From contig NC_086097.1 in the NCBI RefSeq assembly GCF_963921235.1, forward strand, positions 9,610,001-9,674,000: a stretch of 64,000 nt of DNA, given 5' to 3'. Both the position numbers and the translations under genes were made by a program. Under the pieces are notes generated by a model. The model was not told the origin of the DNA. It did no database searches and saw nothing but the letters and a program-made list of their open reading frames with translations. The DNA is from Mobula hypostoma. Its lineage: Eukaryota. Each line of letters opens with the position of its first letter. The first letter of the stretch is position 1. Shown piece after piece: positions 23,880 to 36,945 of the stretch.

Positions 23880-25447
23880 CCTTAAGGTTGTCATAGCCAG
23901 GGTGGGTGTGGGGAGAAGCTCCCACTGCCTGTTAAATGCTCCCAATGGTGTGCATCTCAAATAGCCTCGAAAAACGAAGACCAGATCCTGGCCTTCACGA
24001 GTGATGTAGCTACTAAGCCCGGTGGAAATGTTTCTACTGACAGGACAAGGGACAAAGGCAAGTTACTGATGCCTTAAGACCATTTGCTTCAGGCGGATAG
24101 ACTCATCAGCCGCGGTTGGCTGCTCATCTTGGAGAAGGAAAATTCTGATCTAAAACCTCAGCTGTCTTGTGGCTATACCCACTCATGGGGAAGGCTTCGG
24201 GAGTAAACCCCAAGGGAAAAATCTGAAGCTGAAGTCCCTAGGCAGTCCTACATTGAGTTCAATGCTGACTGGCAACTCCTGCAATGCAGCTGGTGCTAAA
24301 CTGTGTTGATCTCTGCCATTCCATTGGATTCATCAGCTGCACGGAGAGGGGGAGCTTGCTATATGGACAAAAGCCTGCTCTCCATATCCTTCCGCTGTTG
24401 CTTGTATATCTTGTCACGTTAAAGAACCAGCGGAGATGGAAAACACTTTGGAGTCCAGTATTGCTATTAACTAATAATATTTATCAGTAACTACGCAAAT
24501 ACAGTAATATAAATGTAGATAAACCAAACAGGCTAGCAATGATTATATATAAGTCAGTGTGGAATATATACATGAAAACCAAGCTTCTTCAAGTCTAGGG
24601 GTAAATAGGCAGTCTTACGATGACAAGTAAAGTTCAGTTCAATTCATGGTTTTGAGTTGAGTAGTGATGGAGAGAGAAAGACGTAGAGATTTGAATCTTC
24701 AGGTGAGCTGGCGCTGTCGATCTTCTCGTTGTCCTCCGAAGTCCTTTAAAAGTCACCGACTGTTACCACAACAAAGGGAACCATTTTCCTGTGGTGGAGC
24801 TATCAACCCAGGCAAGGGTGGACACATGGACAACTCCCCACCAGTCAATCCCTTTTCTCACTGCAAGATCCACTGATTGATTCGCCTGATCGATCCTCCA
24901 AAATCCCACTTTTTCTGTGGGCACAACAAACCTCATTCAGTGTCGAAAAACATGTGCCTGAGGTCTATATCATCTGACCTCCTATTTATGTCACTGTACT
25001 GAGTACCAACTGTCATGCAAATAACTCCTCCTTCCTTTGGCTGTGTAAGAAATGTACAAGCAGGCAAATGTCCTTGGAAGTGTAAACACGCTGCCGAAAA
25101 ATCATAACATCGAATAACGCCACCCTCGGTCACCATAGCGACTTACGAGCTGTTCGGTACTCTCTCCGAACTCAGCAGAAATCCAAAAGTGAGTCTGTTC
25201 TTTCTCAGTCATTAAAGTGACAGTCCACAGGAAATATGAACCTTAGGGGTTCATAACACCATCTCAAAGCAGTCTTCGTCTCTCTCTCTCACTTAAAAAC
25301 AAGTTGTTGGTGTTAAATAACTCTCTCTCTCTTTTCAAAAGTACATTTCATTGGGGTAATCGAGCATAGTTCATAGGGGTAATCCAGGACCCTGTCACAA
25401 TCTCTAGACAGCTATGATGCAGCACCCATGGTCGACCCCAACCAACA
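23880..25447 (+). mobile_element. Non-coding RTE-like retroposon split by a solo LTR
   Basis: Colinear with 31640-32245 (minus) and 26486-26680; resumes after the LTR; the RTE label is inferred. Confidence 0.6.
24412..25399. mobile_element. Solo LTR (ERV1- or Gypsy-type), 988 bp
   Basis: TGTCAC...GTCACA ends (TG...CA); 4-bp TSD atct 24408-24411 / 25400-25403. Confidence 0.75.
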
Positions 25448-26333
25448 GACAGCCTCATTCCCCCCATCCCTCCCCACTGATCTTCCTACTGGCACTTATC
25501 CTTGTAAGTGGAACAAGTGCCACACGTGCCCTTACACTTCCACCCTCACCACCATTCAGGGCCCCAGACAGTCCTTCCAGGTGAGGCGACACTTCACCTG
25601 TGAGTCAGCTGAGGTGATATACTGCGTCCGGTGCTCCCGATGTGGCCTTCTATATATTGGCGAGACCCGACGCAGACTGGGAGACCGCTTTGCTGAACAC
25701 CTACGCTCTGTCCGCCAGAGAAAGCAGGATCTCCCAGTGGCCACACATTTTAATTCCACATCCCATTCCCATTCTGACATATCTATCCACGGCCTCCTCT
25801 ACTGTAAAGATGAAGCCACACTCAGGTTGGAGGAACAACACCTTATACTCTGTCTGGGTAGCCTCCAACCTGATGGCATGAATATTGACTTCTCTAACTT
25901 CTGCTAATGCCCCACCTCCCCTTCGTACCCCATCCGTTATTTATTTATATACACACATTCTTTCTCTCACTCTCCTTTTTCTCCCTCTGTCCCTCTGACT
26001 TACCCTTGGCCATCTTCTGGGTTCTCCCCCCCTCCCCCCGTCTTTCTCCCTGGGCCTCCTGTCCCATGATCCTTTCATATCCCCTTTGCCAATCACCTGT
26101 CCAGCTCTTGGCTCCATCCCTCCCCCTCCTGTCTTCTCCTATCATTTTGGATCTCCCCCTCCCCCTCCCACTTTCAAATCTTTTACTAACTCTTCCTTCA
26201 GTTCGTCCTGACGAAGGGACTCGGCCTGAAATGTTGACTGTACCTCTTCCTAGAGATGCTGCCTGGCCTGCTGCGTTCACCAGCAACTTTGATATGTGTT
26301 GCTTGAATTTCCAGCATCTGCAGAATTCCTGTT
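25448..26333 (+). mobile_element. Penelope-like element 3' part (GIY-YIG endonuclease and terminal region)
   Basis: CKWNKCHTC...VIYCVRCSRCGLLYIGETRRRLGDRFAEH...LQPDGMN; hammerhead-like CTGACGA...GAAA at 26208-26231. Confidence 0.92.
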
Positions 26334-26485
26334 GAGAGCCTCATTCTGCCATCTTCCGGTTCTGGAAAGAAAACAAAGCATCAAAGTAGTCACAATAAGA
26401 GCATGCAATCTCTACACAAAGCACTGAAGATCAGGACTGGAGCTCTGAGGCAGTCTAAGTGCAAGGCTACTATCTATTTTTATTC

Positions 26486-26680
26486 TTAACGCTGACTGGC
26501 AACTCCTGTGATGCCATTGCTGTCAAACTGGATCAGTCTCTGCATTTCCTTTGGATTCATCAGCTGCTTGGAGAGGGGGAGCCTGCTGCACGGGCAACAG
26601 CTTGCTCTCCATATCGTACTGCCCTGGCTTGTGCATGAAACTGGGATGCAACATCCGTGGTTGACCACAACCAACGGGGG
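26486..26680 (+). mobile_element. 3' fragment of the RTE-like retroposon family
   Basis: Similar to 24260-24410. Confidence 0.55.
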
Positions 26681-26729
26681 GGGGCTTATCTAAGCAAATC
26701 ATGTATAAAGTACAAGAGGCAATTCTTTA

Positions 26730-28446
26730 TAGAAAACATAGAAACATACAAAACCTACAGCACAAACAGGCCCTTCGACCCACAATGCCATGCCCAAAAT
26801 GTCCTTACTTTAGAAATTACCCAGGGTTACCCATAGCCCTCTATTTTTCTAAGCTCCAGGTATCTATCCAGCTCTCTCAAAAGACCCTATCATATCTGCC
26901 TCCACCACCTTTGGCAGCAGCCCTTTCGACGCATTCACCACTCTCTACGTAAAAAAACTTACCCTTGACATCATCTCTGAACCTACTTCCAAGCATCTTA
27001 AAACTGTACCCTCTCATGCTAGCCATTTTAGTCCTGGGAAAAAGCCTCTGACTATCCACATGATTAATGCCTCTCATCATCTTATACACCTCTATCAGTT
27101 CACCTCTCATCCTTGCTGTTCCAAGGAGAAAAGGCTGAGTTCATTCAACCTGTTCTCATAAGGCATGCTCCCCAATCCAAGCAACATCCTTGTAAATCTC
27201 TTCTGCACCCTTTCTATAGTTTCCATATCCTTCTTGTAGTGAGGTGACCAGAAATAAGTGCAGTATTCCACATGGGGTCTAATCAGTGTCCAATATAGTT
27301 GTAAGATTACCTCTCCACTCTTAAACTCAATCCCACGGTTAATGAAGGTCAATGCACTGTACGCCTTCTTAACCACACAGTCAACCTGTGCAGCAGCTTT
27401 GAGTGTCCTATGGACTCGGACCTCAAGATCCTCCACACTGCCAAGAGTCTTACCATTAATACCATATTCTGCCATCATATTTGACCTACCAAAATGAACC
27501 ACTTCACACTTATCTGGGTTGAACTCCATCTGCCACTTCTCAGCCCAGTTTTGCATCCTATCAATGTCCCACTGTAACTTCTCACAGCCCTCCACACTAT
27601 CCACAACAACCCCAACTTTTGTGTTATCAGTAAATTTACTAACCCATCCCTCCACTTCCTCATCCAGATCATTTATAAAAATCACAAAGAGTAGGCGTCC
27701 CAGAACAGATCCCTGAAGCACGCCACTGGTCACTGACCTCCAAGCAGAATATGACCCGTCTACAACCCCATGCTTCCTTACTTTCTCAATAAGCCTTACA
27801 TGGGGTACCCTATCAAATGTCTTGCTGAAATCCATATACACTACATCTACCTTCATCAACATGTTTCGTCACATCCTCAAAAAATTCAATCAGGCTCGTA
27901 AGGCACGACATGCCTTTGACAAAGCCACGCTGACTATCCATAATCATATTATGCCTCTCTAAAAGTTCATAAATCCTGCCTTTCAGGATCTTTTCCATCA
28001 ACTTACCAACCACTGAAGTAAGACTCACTGGTCTATAATTTCTCGGGCTATCTCTAGTTCCTTTCTTGAATAAGGGAACAACATCCACAACCCTCCAATC
28101 CTCCAGAACTTCTCCTGTCCCCACTGATGATGCAAAGATCATTGCCAGAGGCTCAGCAGTCCCCTCTCTCGCCTCCCATAGTAGCCTGGGGTACATCTCA
28201 TCCCGTCCCGGAGACTTATCTAACTTGATGCTTTCCAAAAGCTCCAGCACATCCTCTTTCTTAATGTCTATATGCTCAAGCTTTTCAGTTCGCTGTAAAT
28301 CATCCCTACAATTGCCAAGATCCTTTTCCATAGTGAATACCGAAGCAAAGTATTCATTAAGTATCTCTGCTATATCCTTCGGTTCCATACACACTTTTCC
28401 ACTGTCACGCTTGATTGGTCCTATTTTCTCACGTCTTATCCTCTTA
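26730..28446 (-). mobile_element. CR1 LINE fragment with RT and small internal deletions
   Basis: NYRPVSLTSVVGK, DFSKTFD and SGVLQGSVLG; same subfamily as 11866-14540. Confidence 0.92.
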
Positions 28447-28904
28447 TCTAGAGAGATATAATAATTGAGGACTTATTATGACCAAAATTAATATGTTTAA
28501 TCCAAAAAATAGGATAACACATCAGATGTAAAAGCTGATTGAATGAAGTGTGTTGAATGGAAGTTCAAGTGGATGATAAATGTTTGCTTAGACTGGGCAG
28601 ACCAGATGGGTTGTTGCAGAGTTGAAGGCTCAGCTGAAGTAATTCAATCACTTGATATGGAGAAACTCAAAGAGATTAGATGAAGAGAGGCAAAGTGTGT
28701 GTTAAAATTGGACTTGTTTGTCTGAGAGAGTTCCACAAGTAAACATAAATCCACTTCATAATCCAGATTTATCTACTCTAATTAGCATGCACCATAAAAC
28801 AATACATTCTGGATTTCCATCCGCAATACTACGGAACGGTTAGTAGCACATAAAGCACTAAAATATAATAGCAAACTTGAGAAAGTCTGCAGATGCTGGG
28901 AAGC

Positions 28905-29715
28905 AGATTTGGGCTCTTTATCTAAGAAAGGATGTTGGAAAGGATTCGAAGGAAGTTCATGAAAATGGTTCTGAGATTAAACGGCTTGTCATATGAGGAG
29001 CGTTTGAAGACTCTGGGCCTCTACTCACTGAAATTCAGAAAAACCTCATTGAAGTCTATCAAAAGTTGAAAAGCCTCGACAAAGTGGATGTAGAGAGGAT
29101 GTTCCCTATGGTGGGAGAGTCTGAGATCAGAGGACACAGCCTTGGAATAGAGGGGTGTCAAAAATGGTTCAACTACATAACACCTCATAGGCCTGGTTTT
29201 ATTCTCACAAATCAATGAATACATTGTAAAAAAAAAAAGATCACTCCCTACTTGTACATAGTTTTCTCCTTTTGCTTGTTCTTTCTTTCCTCTTCTTTCT
29301 GTAAGTGTATACCTCAGATAAATATTATGTGGAGATTTGTGGCAAATATGATTATATGATATATATGTACAATATCTGAAATACATCTTATGGAAATGTT
29401 TGTTTAATGATGAACTTCAATAAAAATTAAATTACCAAAACAAAATAAGGGTGTCCTTTTAGAATGGAGATGAAGGGAAATTTCTTCAGCTAGCGAGTGG
29501 AATTCATTGCCACAGGTGGCTGTGGAGACCAAGTCATTGGGTGTATTTAAGGCAGAGATTGAAAGATACTTGATTAGTCAGGGTACGAACGGATATGAGG
29601 AGAAGGCAGGAGGTTGGAGCTGGGAGGGAAAATGAATCATCTATGGTGAAATGGAGGAGAAGACTCAATGAGCCAAATCGCCTAGCTCTGCTCCTATATC
29701 TTATTGTTATATGGT
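28905..29715 (+). mobile_element. Old CR1 3' fragment with an insertion at 29160-29448
   Basis: CR1 ORF2 end and 3' UTR resume after the insert. Confidence 0.7.
29160..29448 (+). mobile_element. A-tailed LINE 3' end (L1/Tx1-like)
   Basis: AATAAA and A-rich tail; TSD gggtgtc 29153-29159 / 29449-29455. Confidence 0.55.
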
Positions 29716-29724
29716 TTAATCCAA

Positions 29725-30160
29725 ATCAACACATACAATGCTGGAGGAACTCAACAGGTCAGGCAACATATATGGAAATGAATAAACAGTCGACATTTTG
29801 AGCCAAGACGCTTCTTCAGGACTGGAAAGGAAGGGGGAGGACACCAGAATAAAAAAGATGGGGGGCGGGGTATGAGGCTAGCTGGAAGATGAGAGGTGAA
29901 GGCAGGAGGATAGGAGAGGTAAAGGACTGGAGAAGAAGGAATCTGATAGGATAGGAGAAAGGGAAGGAGGAGGGGACCCTAGGGAAGTAATGGGCAGGTA
30001 AGAAGAGGTGAAAGACCAGAGTGGGGAATAGAAGAAGAGGGGCGGGGAGGGAAAAAATACCAGAAGGAGAAATCGATATTCATGCCATCAGGTTGAAGGT
30101 TACCCAAATAGAAAAAAAGATGTTGCTCCTCCACCCTGGTTGATGCCTCATCTTGGCACA
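29725..30160 (-). mobile_element. Old PLE 3' fragment
   Basis: EEQHLFFYLGNLQPDGMNIDFS; decayed hammerhead core. Confidence 0.75.
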
Positions 30161-30311
30161 AAACATAAAATATTTTGAATGAATGAATACCTGAAATCTT
30201 TGCATAGTGGGAATCAAATTAGGTAAATTATGTGTTCTTGGGGAGCGAGAAACACTTCCAGACTTTCAGCTTCAATAATCTCTTTATTTTCTGACATGGT
30301 TCATCACTTAC

Positions 30312-30334
30312 TTAATTCTATTTTGAGAGAAGAG
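30312..30334 (-). other. Candidate 23-nt microexon
   Basis: tttgcttcttcccacag|CTCTTCTCTCAAAATAGAATTAA|gtaagtg. Confidence 0.3.
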
Positions 30335-30739
30335 CTGTGGGAAGAAGCAAAGTATCCATTTCCTCACCTTCAAGGATTTGGAATTCTCCAACAGGTACTC
30401 AATAATGTGGAAGATATTAAAAGCCAATTTGATGTTTCATTATTCTATGATCATTGTGAGCTACTGCCCTGATATAACTCCCTCTGCAGTTCAATGTCAT
30501 ATGTCTTTTTGAAAAATATTTTGAATATCTCATTTTACCACAGAGGTTTGTGCATTATTATCTTTCAATGACTTCTATCTCAGAATATGCATTGGAATAA
30601 ATATCTTCAAGTAATCCATTCATTTACAAGGATTTATAAAGTGTTCCTAACACAAGATTATGCAAAAAGATTTTATCATAATTACCCAAGAGGTGTCCTC
30701 TAAGAGTCAGCAAGATGAAGCAAAATGCCAATTGACTTC

Positions 30740-31345
30740 AGGAAAATCCTACAACGAGTAGTGAATACAGTCCAGTCCATCACCAGTAAAGGTCTCTCAC
30801 CTATTGATTACATCTACATGAAATGCTGTTGCGGAAAGCAGTATCCATCATCAGGGACCTCATCAACCATCACCCAGGACATGCTATCTTCTCACTGCTG
30901 TCATCAGGAAGAAGGTATGGGCGTTCTGGGACCCCCTCCACCAGGTTCAGGAGCAATTACTACTACTCAACCATCAGGCTCTTGGAACAAAAGGGATAAC
31001 TTCACTCCACTTGCCCAATTATTGAAATGTTCCCATAACCAATAGACTTACTTTCAAAGACTCTTCATCCTATGTTCTCAATATTTATTGCTTACTTATT
31101 ATTATCTTTTTTTTTTGTATTTGCACTGTTTGTTGTCTTCTGCACTCTGGATAAATGCCCAAATTGGGTGGTCTTTTATTGATTCTGTTATGGTTATATA
31201 TTATTATTATTATATTATTATATTATTATATATTATTATGGTTATTATATTTATTGAATATGCCCACAAGAAAATGAATCTCAGGGTTGCATATGGTGAT
31301 GTATGTGTACTTTGATAACAAATTTACTTAGAACTTTGAACTTTA
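30740..31345 (+). mobile_element. Rex1/Babar 3' fragment
   Basis: RKILQRVVNTVQSI; (ttgaact)n tail. Confidence 0.7.
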
Positions 31346-31639
31346 GATAATTAGCTAAAAATGCAAACTTTTCAGCAGCTTTTTTTGTGATTCTGCTTGA
31401 TTATATTGCAAAGGTTTCCTACATTTTAAATTCACTGTACATCAAATGCTTCATTGATTGTAAAGACCTGTTGGTTTCCTTTGATCACGAACAATCTAAG
31501 TTAAGTACATGTCTTCATTTTACATAATACTTCTCTGGTTTAATAGAACAGTTATGTATGAAGTGATTGCCACTTCATCAGTTTGAAACTTGACATTACT
31601 TCACATTTCGAAAGTCCAATGATCAATAATGTCATTGAT

Positions 31640-32245
31640 TAAGATGATGAGGCCTCCGTAGGTCACGGTCAACCATTAAGGTTGCATCCTATCTGTCTAG
31701 GTACACATGCCTGCACAGTATAATATGGAGAAGCAAGATGTTGCCCATGCAGCAGGTTCCCTCTCTCCATGAACCCAAAGGAATGGCAAGAGACCAAAAC
31801 AGTTTGGCACTAGCAGCGTCACAGGAGTTGCCAGCCAGTGTTGAACGCAATGAAGGACTGCCTTAAGGGCTCTTGCTCTGGATTTCTCCATTGGCGTTTA
31901 TTCCTGAAGCATTCCCCATGAGTATGTATAGCCACAAGGCAGCAAAGGTTTAGATCGGAGTTTTCCTTTTCCTAGTTAAGCTGCCAACCATGGCTGATGA
32001 GCCCATCTGCTCAAAGCAGCTGGTTTTAAGGTGCCACTAACCCACCCTTTCCCTTTCTTCTGTTAGTAGAAATAGTTTTGCCAGGATAACTAGCTAAGTC
32101 ACATGTTAAGACCAGGAGTGAACTTGATTGTCGGAGGCTATTTGAGATGCACACTACTGGGAGCATTTAGTAGGTGGGGGGGCGGGGGGATGGGCTTGTC
32201 ACCAATACCACTTACCACCCCCCACCCAGCAATAACAAAATTAAG
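31640..32245 (-). mobile_element. Non-coding RTE-like retroposon, second copy
   Basis: Reverse-complement similarity to 23880-24410 plus 25404-25447. Confidence 0.6.
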
Positions 32246-32631
32246 GAAACATTGATTAAGGTAGTCATTCACACTTAGTATGAACCAGAAGTAATACAAT
32301 GAGATTTAAGATAATTGTGCTCCTGTTCAGCTTTCAGTCACTTACCTCTTCCAATTTTATTTGGCTTTTAGAGTCTTAACTTTCCAATATATTAAATTAA
32401 ATATCAATAAGCTTGACAGTTTTGTTTTATAATCACTCTCAAAAGTTCAAGCACTGGAGTCTTAATGTCTGCTATGCTCTAACTTCTAGTATTTTCTCCC
32501 CTCTCCTCCTTCTCTCCTCTCTTATTCCCCATTTTGGCTCCACACTTACCTCTTCTCTTCTTCTTTCCCATCTATCTTCACCCGCTTGTGCTTCTCCTTT
32601 TCCCCTGTCTCTCATGGTCCACTCTCCTCTC

Positions 32632-34620
32632 CATATAACCATATAATAATTACAGTACAGAAACAGGCCATCTCTGCCCTTCTAGTCCGTGCCGAACTCT
32701 TACTCCCACCTAGTCCCACCGACCTGCACTCAGCCCATAACCCTCCATTCCTTTCCTGTCCATATATCTATCCAATTTAACTTTAAGTGACAACATCGAA
32801 CCTGCCTCAACCACTTCTGCTGGAAGCTCGTTCCACACAGCTACCACTCTCTGAGTAAAGAAGTTCCCCCTCATGTTACCCCTAAACTTTTGCCCCTTAA
32901 CTCTCAACTCATGTCCTCTTATTTGAATTTCTCCTACTCTCAATAGAAAAAGCCTATCCACGTCAACTCTATCTATCCCCCTCATAATTTTAAATACCTC
33001 TATCAAGTCCCCCCTCAACCTTCTACGCTCCAAAGAATAAAGACCTAACTTGTTCAACCTTTCTCTGTAACATAGGAGATGAAACCCAGGTAACATTCTA
33101 GTATATCTCCTCTGTACTCTCTCTATTTTGTTGACATCTTTCCTATAATTCAGTAACCAGAACTGTACACAATACTCCAAATTTGGCCTCACCAATGCTT
33201 GTACGATTTTAACATTACATCCTAACTCCTTTACTCAATGCTCTGATTTATAAAAGTCAGCATACCAAAAGCTTTCTTCACCATCCTATCCACATGAGAT
33301 TCCACCTTCAGAGAACTATGCATCATTATTCCTAGATCCCTCTGTTCTACAGCATTCCTCAATGCCCTACCATTTACCATGTATGTCCCATTTTGATTAG
33401 TCCTACCAAAATGTAGCACCTCACATTTATCAACATTAAACTCCATCTGCCATCTTTCAGCCCACTCTTATAACTGCTGAAATCTCTCTGCAAGCTTTGA
33501 AAACCTATTCCATTATCCACAACGCCACCTTATCTTAGTATCATCTGCATACTTACTAATCCAGTTTACCACCCCATCATCCAGATCATTAATGTATATG
33601 ACAAACAACACTGGACTTAGTACAGATCCCTGAGGCACACCACTAGTCACCGGCCTCCAATCTGACAAACAGTTATCCACCACTACTCTCTGGCATCTCC
33701 TATCCAGCCACTGTTGAATCCATTTTACTACTTCAATATTAATACCAAATGATTGAACCTTCCTAACCAACCTTCCGTGTAGAACCTTGTCAAAGGCCTT
33801 ACTGAAGTCCATATGGAAAACATCCACTGCTTTACCCTCGTCAATTTTCCTAGTAACCTCTTCAAAAAATTCAATAAGATTTGTCAAACATGACCTTCCA
33901 CGCACAAATCCATGTCGACTATTCCTAATCAGACCCTGTCTATCCAGATAATTATATATACCATCTCTAAGAATGCTTTCCATTAATTTACCCACCACTG
34001 ACATCAAACTTACAGGCCGATAATTGCTAGGTTTACTCTTAGAACCCTTTTTAAACAATGGAACCACATGAGCAGTATGCCAGTCCTCTGGCACCATCCC
34101 CGTTTCTAATGACATTTGAAATATTTCTGTCAGAGCCCCTGCTATTTCCACACTTACTTCCCTCAAGGTCCTAGGGAATATCCTGTCAGGACCCAGAGAC
34201 TTATCCACTTTTATATTCCTTAAAAGTGCCAGTACTTCTGCTTCTTTAATCATCATAGTTTCCATAACTACCCTACTTGTTTCCCCTACCTTACACAATT
34301 CAATATCCTTCTCCTTAGTGAATACCGAAGAAAAGAAATTGTTCAAAATCTCCCCCATCTCTTTTGGTTCCACATATAGCTGTCCACTCTGATTCTTTAA
34401 GGGACCAATTTAATCCCTCACTATCCTTTTGCTATTATTATAACTGTAGAAACCCTTTAGATTTATTTTCACCTTACTTGCCAAAGCAACCTCATATCTT
34501 CTTTTAGCTGTTCTAATTTCTTTCTTAAGATTTGTTTTACATTCCTTATATTCCTCGAGCAACTCATTTTCTCCAAGCTGCCTATATTTATTGTAGATCT
34601 CTCTCTTTTTCCGAACCAAG
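32632..34620 (-). mobile_element. CR1 LINE (RT) inserted in an old PLE pyrimidine-rich tail
   Basis: 286-aa RT ORF 33513-34373 and C-terminal ORFs; close paralogue of 5287-7270. Confidence 0.94.
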
Positions 34621-34717
34621 CTTCCAATTAGATTCTTTCTTTCCCAAACCTTTACCTTTCCACCCACCTATCATCTCCCAGCTTCGCACTTCATTCCCCC
34701 TCCCCCACCCAACTACC

Positions 34718-36945
34718 TGAACTGAATTGAATTGACTTTATTTCTTACATCCTTCACATACATGAGGAGTAAAAATCTTTATGTTACATCTGCATCTAAA
34801 TGTGCAATGTGCAATCATAGTAATTTATAATAAATAGAACAGTCAATGTAATATAGAGTACACTCAAGTCAGCATGAGTTAATCAGTCTGATGGCCTGGT
34901 GGAAGAAGCTGTCCTGGAGCCTGTTGGTTCTGGCTTTTATGCAACGGTACCATTTCCAGGATGGGAGCAGCTGGAATAGATTGTGGTTGGGGTGACACGA
35001 GCCCCCAGTGATCCTACAGGCCCTTTTTACACACCTGTCCTTGTAAATGTCCTGAATCATGGGAAGTTCACAACTACAGATGCGCTGGGCTGTCTGCACC
35101 ACTCTCTGCAGAGTCCTACGATTGAGGGAAGTACAGTTCCCATACCAGGCAGTGATGCAGCCAGTCAGGATGCTCTCAATTGTGCCCCTGTAGAAAGTTC
35201 TTTGGATCTGGGGGCCCATACCAAACTTCCTCGACCGTTTAAGGTGAAAGAGGCGCTGTTGTGCCTTTTTCACCACACAGCTGGTGTATACAGACCACGT
35301 CAGGTCCTTTGTGATGTGGATGCTGAGGAAGTTAAAGCTGTTTACCCTTTCAACCCCAGATCCATTGATGTCAATCGGGGTTAGCCCATCTCAATTCCTG
35401 CTGTAATTCGCAACCAGCTCTTTTGTTTTTGCGACATTGAAGGAGAGGTTGTTTTCATGACACCACTGTGTCAGAGAGATGACTTCTTCCTTGTAGGCCA
35501 CCTCGTTATTGTTTGAGATTAGGACAATCAATGTAGTGTTGTTGGCAAATTTAATTAGCAAATTGGAGCTGTGGGTAGCGGTAGTCATGGGTATACAGGG
35601 AGTAAAGGAGGGGACTCAGTATGCAGCCCTGAGGGGCTCCTGTATTGAGAGTCAGAGCGTTGGAGGTGAGGGAGCCCACTCTTACAACCTGTTGGCAATC
35701 TGACAGGAAGTCCAGGATCAAGCTGCACAAGGCAGGGTGAAGGCTGAGGTCTCTGATCTTCTTGTCGAGCCTGGATGGAACTAACATGTTGAATGCTGAA
35801 CTGTAGTCCAAGAATAGCATTCTCACATAAGCATCCTTCTTCTCCAGTTGAGTAAGGACAGTATGTAGAGCTGTGGCTATTGCGTCATCTGTTGACCAGT
35901 TGTGTCGGTAGGCAAATTGTAGGGGATCCATTTTGGGTGATAGCAATCTGCAGATGTAATCCTTGACCAGCCGCTCAAAGCATTTGCTTATTATTGAGGT
36001 GGGTGCAACAGGACGCCAGTCATTCAGGCATGTTACTTTGGTCTTTTTTGGTACAGGGACAATGGTGGATAATTTGAAGAAGGAGGGAACTCTACACTGG
36101 GAGAGGGAGAGATTAAAAATGTCTGTAAACACACCTGCCAGTTGTGCTGCGCACATCCTGAGTACTCGCCCTGGGATGCCGTCTGGTCTCGCAGCCTTGA
36201 GACTGTCCACTCATTGGAAACACCTGCGAACCACAGCCTCAGAGATGACCAGCTTGCAGGTTGTAGCGGTGGCTTTCCTTGGAGGCTCAGAGTTAGCGAC
36301 ATCGAACTGGGCATAAAAGCCATTGAGCTCACCTGGGAGAGGGGCTGCGATGTTGGCAGCACCACGACGTTTGGCTTTGAAGTCTGCGATGGCATGCAGC
36401 CCTCATCACGATATTAATTTGTTGTATATCTTGACTCAGTCTTGTCCCTATATTGTTGTTTTGCAGCCTTGATAGCTTTGCGCAGATCATAGATGCTTTT
36501 TTTGAGCTCTAGTTGATCACTAGCGATGTAGGCTTTATGTCGCTCTGTAAGTGCTGCTTACACAGAACTGTTGACCCAGGGTTTCTAGTTTGGGAAGACC
36601 CTGACCGACTTCTGGGGGATAAAATCGTCGATGCACTTCCGGATGAAGCACATGACTCCATCAGTGAACTTGGAGACATCCTCATCATGAAAGACATTCC
36701 AGTCGACATCATCGAAGCAGTCCTGTAGCACGGAGGCCAATTGGTTGGACTAACAGTGGACAGTTTTGACAAGCAGGATAGAAAAGTGATCTGATTTTCC
36801 AGAAACTGGGTGAAGGAAAGCTTTGTAAGCATTGCAGAAAGGAGTGTAGCAGTGGTCAAGTGTGTTATCTCCACGAGTGCTCACCTGAATGTGCTGACAA
36901 AACTTTGGAGAGACTTCCGTCAGCGACACTCGATTTAAGTCACCT
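34718..36945 (-). mobile_element. Rex1/Babar LINE (endonuclease end, RT, DUF1891-like tail), frameshifted
   Basis: [36 protein letters not shown] and [20 protein letters not shown]; (attca)n tail. Confidence 0.92.

Noticed and set aside
23880..24140. HDV-like ribozyme at the 5' end of this RTE-like family
   Set aside because: Could not assemble P1-P4 in either decayed copy.
25907..26335. Pro/Leu/Ser-rich ORFs in PLE tails (also 42218-42845)
   Set aside because: Low-complexity purine/pyrimidine-skewed sequence gives spurious ORFs.
30335..30470. Additional donor AAG|GTGAGG at 30367 and the plus-strand 80-aa ORF
   Set aside because: It would need a 33-nt intron to reach the microexon; no good upstream acceptor; peptide unrecognised.
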